This document shows positions 57,529 to 64,000 of a stretch of DNA of 64,000 bases, one piece after another (the first letter of the stretch is position 1; each line of letters begins with the position of its first letter). Origin of the DNA: an uncultured Candidatus Saccharibacteria bacterium (GTDB taxonomy: Bacteria; Patescibacteriota; Minisyncoccia; JAHISW01; Tagabacteraceae); the NCBI GenBank assembly GCA_964601305.1, contig CAZRMW010000003.1, forward strand, positions 3,116-67,115, in the 5' to 3' direction. The position numbers and the translations under genes were made by a program. The notes below the pieces were generated by a model, which ran no database searches, was not told the origin of the DNA, and saw nothing but the letters and a program-made list of their open reading frames with translations.

Positions 57529-58077
57529 TTGAAAACTAACCCAAACAGGAAAATATGGAGGCAACAAATGTCAAAACCCAAACTTTATTTTGCGCATCCC
57601 GTAAATACTTACGGGAAACCGATTGAGGCTAAGATGTTGGAGTTGATTGAAATTGCTTTTCCGCAGTTTGAAATTGAAAATCCGAATCAGCCACACCACC
57701 AGATTGGCTACAAAAAATGGAAAGAACGAACTGGAAACGGAATGAGGTATTTTTATGAAGTAGTTTTGCCAAATTGTGAAGCCGGCTCTGTGGCAATGCC
57801 TTTTCTAGATAAAAAACTTGGCGCTGGAGTTGCTGGTGAAATAATTTGGTACCTTAAAAGAAATAAAAAAATATTTCTAATATCAGCTCCCGATTTGGAC
57901 TGGGTGAGACCGTTTTTCAAAGAGGAAAAGGATCTTCTCCTCCAGTGGGACAAACTCAGAAACAAAAGCGAAAGTGTCGGAAACAGCCTTGTTTTGAGTA
58001 TTAAAGATACCCGCAAAAGAACCTGGGAAGTTCTTTACAAAGAAATGAGAAAATACAGCGAAGCACACCTCGTATAA
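57529..58077 (+). CDS. hypothetical protein, nucleoside 2-deoxyribosyltransferase-like fold (probable start at MSKPKL, ~57568)
   Basis: LYFAHPVNTYG ... GAGVAGEIIWYLKRNKKIF resembles the NDT/DUF4406 flavodoxin-like family. The resemblance is weak. Confidence 0.35.
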   Translation: MKTNPNRKIWRQQMSKPKLYFAHPVNTYGKPIEAKMLELIEIAFPQFEIENPNQPHHQIGYKKWKERTGNGMRYFYEVVLPNCEAGSVAMPFLDKKLGAGVAGEIIWYLKRNKKIFLISAPDLDWVRPFFKEEKDLLLQWDKLRNKSESVGNSLVLSIKDTRKRTWEVLYKEMRKYSEAHLV

Positions 58078-58216
58078 AAAACACAAGAAAACCCGGAGAG
58101 CAATACGCTCTACTGGGTTTTTGTTTTTTTAACAAAGAACTCTAAACCAAAGATCCTTGTAGTGTCAATATTTTTTTAAAAAAACCAAAATGATATTCTA
58201 CTAGGAGAGTTTAATC

Positions 58217-59419
58217 TTGAACCTTGAAGCATCACTAAGCAGAACAAAAAGGAGGTCTGACTTGGAAATTTTAAAACCAAAAGAATATTTTTTGCTGTTT
58301 ATTGTTTTTTTTGCTGGAGTAATATCTATTGCTACAAGCAACAATCCTCTTGTATATGCCCAACTAATGATTTTGGCTTTTTGTCAAAATATTGCTTTTT
58401 CTTTGGTTAGTAGATCAAGAAACAGGGACAATAACAACTATCATTTAATCGCTGCTGTTGGAAGTAATGGTATCTGGTTTCTTACAATGTCTTATATGAT
58501 TAGCCAAGGTATGCCTATTTCTATGCTTGTTCCTTTTTTGTCTGGAACAACATTAGGAAGTCTTTATGGCGCACACATTTCAAAAAAAATAGAGTTTTGG
58601 ATAGGACTAACAGCAGATGCAACAAAAAATACTGCTCAAATATCTGAGTCTTCCTTCTTTAAAAAATATATATTGTTTTTATGTTTGGGAGCAATTGCTA
58701 TTTCTTATTTAGGCTTTTCTGAAAACACACAAAGTCTAGCTTGGCTTATGCTTCTCTCTTGTGTACAAAGTATCGGTTTTGGTCTGTCTAGTAGAGCTGG
58801 AAATAGAGGAAGCCAAAACTATTTTATTTTTACAAAAATATTTAGCATAACTTTTTGGTTTTTGACTTTTGGTTATCTTGTTACCAGAAATATGCCTCTT
58901 TCTCTATTTGTTCCCTACACCGTTGCAACTGTATTTGGAAGTATTACTGGAGCACAAGTTTCCATGAAAATTGAAAGATTTTTCGGCTTCAAGCCAGATG
59001 AACATGTTTCTATTGGAAGTGTTGAAAATATAGAATCTCTATTTAAAGAATGGTGGCTTTTTACAACGATAATCTTTGCTGGTTTTTGTTATATCATCTT
59101 CGCGCCTTCTTCGATAAAATTAGCTACGATGTTTTTTGGAACACTAATTTTTGCAACAGAATCCATGTCTTTTGCAATTGCAAGCAGAGCTGGAAACAGA
59201 GATAGTCTTTTTTATCACTTGTGTACAAGGCTCGTAAAAGGAACTGTTTGGTTTTTTACGATTGAATATACTGTTATTCATAATATGTCTATTGATATTT
59301 TGGTTCCTGTTGGACTAGGAATGGTTTTAGGAAGTGTGCTTGGACAAAAGATTGGTATGAAAATCGAAGAAAAAATTGGTGCTGTGATGGACATACCCAT
59401 GAAGCCCAAAAGAGTTTAA
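58217..59419 (+). CDS. integral membrane protein built from three tandem ~110-aa 4-TM repeats
   Basis: Three internal repeats share SRSRNRDNNNY / SRAGNRGSQNY / SRAGNRDSLFY, each followed by TM helices and a ...GAxxSxKIE motif. Confidence 0.55.
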   Translation: MNLEASLSRTKRRSDLEILKPKEYFLLFIVFFAGVISIATSNNPLVYAQLMILAFCQNIAFSLVSRSRNRDNNNYHLIAAVGSNGIWFLTMSYMISQGMPISMLVPFLSGTTLGSLYGAHISKKIEFWIGLTADATKNTAQISESSFFKKYILFLCLGAIAISYLGFSENTQSLAWLMLLSCVQSIGFGLSSRAGNRGSQNYFIFTKIFSITFWFLTFGYLVTRNMPLSLFVPYTVATVFGSITGAQVSMKIERFFGFKPDEHVSIGSVENIESLFKEWWLFTTIIFAGFCYIIFAPSSIKLATMFFGTLIFATESMSFAIASRAGNRDSLFYHLCTRLVKGTVWFFTIEYTVIHNMSIDILVPVGLGMVLGSVLGQKIGMKIEEKIGAVMDIPMKPKRV

Positions 59420-59493
59420 ATATAAAAACCCCGGGGAGCGTAATACTCTCTCGGGGTTTTAATTTATTTTTTCCAGTCATCCGACCGGAGACA

Positions 59494-62400
59494 CTATGCC
59501 GGGTTCGGCAGATAATCTTCCCAATTAAATGGACGTGGATTTGTTTCCACAAAATCTTTAATTACATCGTAAGGCAATACTCTCCAAAAAACAGGTCCGC
59601 TATCAGGGCCATCTACAGGAACGCCCAGAAAAGAGACTCCTGTATTATTTGGAGCAAAACCATTTTCCCCATAAGCGTCTGTATGGACTGCAGCTGGGGA
59701 CATTTGATAGATTGCATGGTCAGTACTAATTCCGCTAAAAAAATGCTTGTCTCCAAAAAATTTAAGGACAGGAAGTTTCCTGTTCCAAATTCTACTATAA
59801 TTTCCTCTTCGAAGATCTTTTTTAACATGTCCCTTTAGTGGATCGCCCCATCCAGCCATATTGGTGGGAGCGGAGCGAATTTCTATACCATATTCATGTT
59901 TCCCTTCTACAGAAATTATTCCCCAACCAATACAAGTTTTTCCGTACACGGGAGCGAGTACATGTTTGCCAATAAACTTTTTTTGATCTCTCCATTCATT
60001 TGTTTGAAGAAGAAGATCTCTCAATCTCATCGCATAAAGGGGACCTTCTATCATCTCTCCATCAGTAGTTCTGGCGAAATGATTTCCAGTACCAATATTT
60101 ATAAGGCCTATATTTCTGGAATCGTACCCTCCAAATTCTGGAACAGTAATCTCTCCAACACTGAGCACTCTTACTTTTGCACTTTGTGATCTTCTTAAAA
60201 TTGCGCTAAAAATATCTAAGTTCGGTTCTATATGCCTTTCCATCATTTGCATAAGCTGACTAAGTAAATAATCAGTCCCTCTTTTTTCAAACTGGTAAAG
60301 AGCCAATTTTCGAATTTCGTCAGCTGCTTGTAGAACATCTTCTTTCTTTCTCAAACTCATTGCTTGCCTCAAAAGATCTCCTGTATTTTTTTCTATACGA
60401 TCATACGACATTTCATGAGGGTGTGGTTCTGTACGATATTTTACATTTTGAGCCTGAGTAGGATCGTCTGGAGAAGCAAGAAAATGAATTGGCATATTAT
60501 TGCCTTCACAAAGACCCTGTTGTCTCATCATATGAAATACAGCTTCAGCCATACTTAAACGCACAGATACACCATTTACGTTTACCCAAAAGAATTCCTT
60601 AGATCTCCCCCCCCAATGGTGATCAGAGCAAATCATAAACCACAAATTCTTGGAGCTACGTGCATAAACAGCAGCCCCCTTAGTTTTTTTTGTTACCAAC
60701 GACTTAGGGTAATTTTTAAAAGCCTCAAGTGCTTTGACAGGAATCTCTTCAACATCAAGCACTCCATTACTACAACGCAACCTAATAACACCCGATTTAA
60801 ACATTCTGTTGTAAACTGCTTTCATAATGGGGTGATCTTTCGTTCTTAAAGAACTTCTTTGTGAACGAATAAACTCACCATCAATAGCTATAGGAGCCAC
60901 ACAAACACCCATAGAATCTCTCTGCCCATCATGGTCTATCTCACGACCAGTCATTCTTGTCTGAAGCGACCAAGGGTGACAAATTACGACCTGGTCAGGA
61001 TTTTTTTCTCTCAACACATCTGGCGCATAAGTATTAGCGTAATCGTTTAACAAGCCATCAGTTACCCTCAAATGAGAAGGTATATAAATTTTTATAAGTT
61101 TATCATTAATTTTTAAGTAACTCGTACCTTCTCCTATAACTTTGGAGTTAGGAATTGCGGATTCAATTTTTTGAACAACAACACTGTAAACATGTTTAAA
61201 AAATCTACGAGACTCCTGACTAGCAACATTGCTTACAATGGTAATGGAGCGCTGATATTCTAAGGACTCCAGTTCGATATTTTTTTCTCTAAGGTCTTTT
61301 CTGGCTTCTTTTGTATCTCCGTCGACACTAGCAATTTTACCCAGTTTGCTTTCGGCTTCTTTACAAGATTTTCTGAAAGTTTTAATTGCTTCATCTAGTC
61401 TTTTTTGCTCTCTTAACGTACAACGCCATATTTCCCAATATGTAACAGCAGAAATAAAGGCAAGCTCATTTGCACCAATAACAACAAAAACTGGCCCACT
61501 ATATTCAGGTCTTTCTGTTTTATTTTTTGTTTCTTCGGCTGGTATGGTAAAAACGTTGATCCACCCACCAAGAACATCATTAACCAATTCTTCTGTGGTT
61601 CTATAAGCAACTTTATCCAATGGCTTTTCTGTAATTATTCCTTTCACTATCTGCCTATAAATCTTGTCTTCAACAAGCTCTGGATTGATGTTGTCGCCCA
61701 AAATTTGAGCACGTGCTGTTTTTGCGGGCCCACCAGCTTTCTTTAGATCAAAACATAAAAAGTTGGTGATAATGACTGCAGAGTCTTTACGCATTTCAGC
61801 ATCACTAAGAGCTTTTCTTGCAGTATTCCCAACAATATCTGGTCCATGCATTAATCCAAAATTTGCACCATTTAACACAGTGGGTGCCCAATTTAAAGGG
61901 TCTTCTGTTTTTAATACATAAGGATTATTAAAGGTCGATTTAGGAATTTCAAAATTTGGTATACCACTAGTCAAATCCATTCTTCCTAAGCCTTTTAATT
62001 TTTTACCCATTAATTTTTTGCCTCTACCAGAGACTAGGCCACGGTGCCATTCAATTCTTTTTTTAATAAACTCTTGAGGCACATGCGGATAAACTGTCGT
62101 AAAATTTTCAATAATTTCTTCAGTTTTTTCACGCTCTAAATCTTGCCTAACAAAACCCTGAAGCGTACTGTTTAAAGCTTTTTGACGATTCGATAGTTTA
62201 ACAAAAATTAAATCATAAATTTTATTTTTAAACTTTCTCTTGTCTGGCCTGTTGTTTGGAAAGTCTTCCGTAATATTAGCGTGAAGTTTATCAATCCCAC
62301 CTTCTTCCAAAAGAATCCCAGTTTCAACGAGTTCCAAAATCCGAGCATTTACAGTTTTGCTCGGAGCTTTTTTCTTCTCCGCCGCCTCCTTCTTCGCCTT

Positions 62401-62775
62401 CTTTGCATCAGCTGTTTTTGTACTGGCGGGACGTTCTATGTCTAACACTCTCGCTATATTACTGGTCTGTGTTATATTTTCTAATCTATATTTTTTAGTA
62501 ATCTCTGAGACAGGCATTTTACTCTGATAGTCTTTTTTAAAATTCCTTTTTTTCTTTGCGCTCCATTGTGCCAAGATGCCTTTAGTGTCCATTTTAAGAC
62601 CCTCAAAATGTCCTCTTCGTTCAAATGCTTTTCTGACACTCTCTACTGTCCGACCAAAGCAACAACTTTTCTTATCCTTAACTGCTTTCTTCATCTTCTT
62701 ATATAAATCAGAGCGAGTTTTACATCCCTTCCTTATTCTTTTAAGTTCTACTTCATCATATTTTTTATATGCCAT
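59494..62775 (-). CDS. large hypothetical protein (1093 aa) with a lysine-rich N-terminus and no recognisable P-loop; GC content (~40-45%) elevated relative to flanks
   Basis: It is one long uninterrupted ORF with a basic N-terminal ~150 aa (KKAKKEAAEKKKAPSK). I recognise no family. Composition is atypical for the window. Confidence 0.55.
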   Translation of the reverse strand: MAYKKYDEVELKRIRKGCKTRSDLYKKMKKAVKDKKSCCFGRTVESVRKAFERRGHFEGLKMDTKGILAQWSAKKKRNFKKDYQSKMPVSEITKKYRLENITQTSNIARVLDIERPASTKTADAKKAKKEAAEKKKAPSKTVNARILELVETGILLEEGGIDKLHANITEDFPNNRPDKRKFKNKIYDLIFVKLSNRQKALNSTLQGFVRQDLEREKTEEIIENFTTVYPHVPQEFIKKRIEWHRGLVSGRGKKLMGKKLKGLGRMDLTSGIPNFEIPKSTFNNPYVLKTEDPLNWAPTVLNGANFGLMHGPDIVGNTARKALSDAEMRKDSAVIITNFLCFDLKKAGGPAKTARAQILGDNINPELVEDKIYRQIVKGIITEKPLDKVAYRTTEELVNDVLGGWINVFTIPAEETKNKTERPEYSGPVFVVIGANELAFISAVTYWEIWRCTLREQKRLDEAIKTFRKSCKEAESKLGKIASVDGDTKEARKDLREKNIELESLEYQRSITIVSNVASQESRRFFKHVYSVVVQKIESAIPNSKVIGEGTSYLKINDKLIKIYIPSHLRVTDGLLNDYANTYAPDVLREKNPDQVVICHPWSLQTRMTGREIDHDGQRDSMGVCVAPIAIDGEFIRSQRSSLRTKDHPIMKAVYNRMFKSGVIRLRCSNGVLDVEEIPVKALEAFKNYPKSLVTKKTKGAAVYARSSKNLWFMICSDHHWGGRSKEFFWVNVNGVSVRLSMAEAVFHMMRQQGLCEGNNMPIHFLASPDDPTQAQNVKYRTEPHPHEMSYDRIEKNTGDLLRQAMSLRKKEDVLQAADEIRKLALYQFEKRGTDYLLSQLMQMMERHIEPNLDIFSAILRRSQSAKVRVLSVGEITVPEFGGYDSRNIGLINIGTGNHFARTTDGEMIEGPLYAMRLRDLLLQTNEWRDQKKFIGKHVLAPVYGKTCIGWGIISVEGKHEYGIEIRSAPTNMAGWGDPLKGHVKKDLRRGNYSRIWNRKLPVLKFFGDKHFFSGISTDHAIYQMSPAAVHTDAYGENGFAPNNTGVSFLGVPVDGPDSGPVFWRVLPYDVIKDFVETNPRPFNWEDYLPNPA

Positions 62776-63048
62776 GTAGCACCTCTCTTTCTTTTTAAAC
62801 TGTCAAAGTTCATCCGCCTCCGGCGGGACCTTTATATATATTTTCAAGCTAAATTACTAAAGAGTAATCGCCTGTTTATACGGATATTTAAAGATATTTT
62901 AGCAAAACAAAACCAAGAATGTAATCTTGATTTTATAAAAATAATGTAGTCTATTTTAAAAAACTTATTAAAATTTTATTAAAAATTTAAAATGCCAAAC
63001 TCTTACGATCGTATGAGTTTGGCGAAAAGAAACACTGGTATTCTTCTG

Positions 63049-63891
63049 TTATTTTAAAGTCAATTCTATCGGACAATGGTCTGAACCCATAATGTCTGAT
63101 AAAATTTCCGTAGATTTTACGTTTTTTACAAATTCTTTGGATACGAAAAAATAATCAATCCTCCACCCTACATTTCTGTCTCTTGCTCTGCTTTTCATAT
63201 CCCAATATGTGTAAGCCTCTTTTTTGTCTGGATAAAAGTGGCGGAAAATATCTACATAACCTTTTTTAATAACTTGAGTTATCCACAGGCGCTCTATCGG
63301 TAAAAATCCAGTATGTTTTTCGTTTGCTTTTGGTCTAGCCAAATCTATTTCTTCGTGCGCCGTATTTACATCTCCACAAAAAATTATGCCTGCCCCGCCC
63401 GGCGGGGGTTTTTTTCTAAGTTTTTCGACATATTTTAAAAACGCATCATAAAAATCCATTTTATATTTAAGTCTTTCTGGTCCCATCCCCCCGTTTGGAA
63501 AATAAACATTTAGTAATACAAAATCTTTAAAATACAAAACAAGTATTCTTCCTTCTTTATCGAACTTTTCTATACCTATGCCGTACTCTACTTTTTTTGG
63601 CTGCTCTTTTGTGTAAACAGCTACACCACTATAACCTTTTTTAACTTCTGAAGATGAAAAATACGCATGGTACTTATCCACAACCCTAATTTCTTCTGAA
63701 AGTTGCGTCTCATTTGCTTTTGCCCGCCTCGACTCGCTGTCGTTTGTCGACGCGAGGCGGGTTTCTTGAAGGCACAAAATATCTGGATTTTGTTTTTTTA
63801 TAAATGGTAAAAGCAACTCTTTTTTGTGAAGAGCTCTTATGCCATTTATATTCCAAGAAATTATTTTCATAAATATTATAAACAAAATCAA
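63049..63891 (-). CDS. xth: exodeoxyribonuclease III (AP endonuclease); probable start at MKIISWNINGIRA
   Basis: WNINGIRA ... LCLQET ... CGDVNTAHEEIDLARPKANEKHTGF ... GSDHCPIEL are ExoIII motifs. Two GC-rich palindromic elements lie in frame (PPPGGAG, RLASTNDSESRRAKA). Confidence 0.8.
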   Translation of the reverse strand: MILFIIFMKIISWNINGIRALHKKELLLPFIKKQNPDILCLQETRLASTNDSESRRAKANETQLSEEIRVVDKYHAYFSSSEVKKGYSGVAVYTKEQPKKVEYGIGIEKFDKEGRILVLYFKDFVLLNVYFPNGGMGPERLKYKMDFYDAFLKYVEKLRKKPPPGGAGIIFCGDVNTAHEEIDLARPKANEKHTGFLPIERLWITQVIKKGYVDIFRHFYPDKKEAYTYWDMKSRARDRNVGWRIDYFFVSKEFVKNVKSTEILSDIMGSDHCPIELTLK

Positions 63892-64000
63892 AACAGTTTT
63901 TTACGTGCTTGTGAGGCTAAAGCCGAGCACTTTTCTAAATTCATAATTAAATTTAGAAAAAGTAAAAAATTGGTTTTGGTTTTGTTAAATTATGTTTTAC

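Overview
This is an AT-rich window (roughly 30-35% GC by eye) with short intergenic regions, many genes lacking a Shine-Dalgarno sequence, and compact housekeeping proteins. That pattern suggests a reduced-genome bacterium, possibly of the Candidate Phyla Radiation (Patescibacteria) type. The core content is: (1) the tail of the large ribosomal-protein operon on the minus strand (infA-rpmJ-rpsM-rpsK-rpsD-rpoA-rplQ), followed by rplM-rpsI and grpE-dnaK-dnaJ; (2) a cell-wall and division cluster (M23 peptidase, gltX, murG, ftsW, a D-aminoacylase-like amidohydrolase, mraY) with a HepT/MntA toxin-antitoxin pair inserted; (3) scpA-scpB; (4) uvrC, uvrA and uvrB, plus mltG, xth, mnmA, aspS and alaS. 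The accessory content is: (1) a type IIG restriction-modification fusion enzyme followed by three small paralogous genes; (2) two Cas4-like Fe-S PD-(D/E)xK nucleases flanking dut; (3) tspO; (4) an MFS transporter and a GNAT acetyltransferase, each preceded by the same palindrome-plus-RBS cassette; (5) an acyl-ACP-reductase-like oxidoreductase with a PlsC acyltransferase; (6) a 1093-aa lysine-rich protein of unknown function with clearly elevated GC. The most unusual non-genic signals are four. First, short GC-rich palindromic hairpin elements lie in frame inside genes: an identical 24-mer in the 5-prime ends of rpsI and uvrA, two copies in uvrC, two in xth and two in mnmA. Second, a roughly 190-bp repeat occurs in two intergenic gaps of minus-strand operons, carrying sigma70-like promoter and terminator-like hairpin signals. 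Third, there are two GC-rich structured RNA candidates with consensus promoters and intrinsic terminators: an unclassified one upstream of scpA, and one with a triple CCCCGGAAAGG motif upstream of dut. Fourth, several exact short repeats recur at distant sites. I found no CRISPR array and no rRNA. One tRNA-Lys(UUU) is present.
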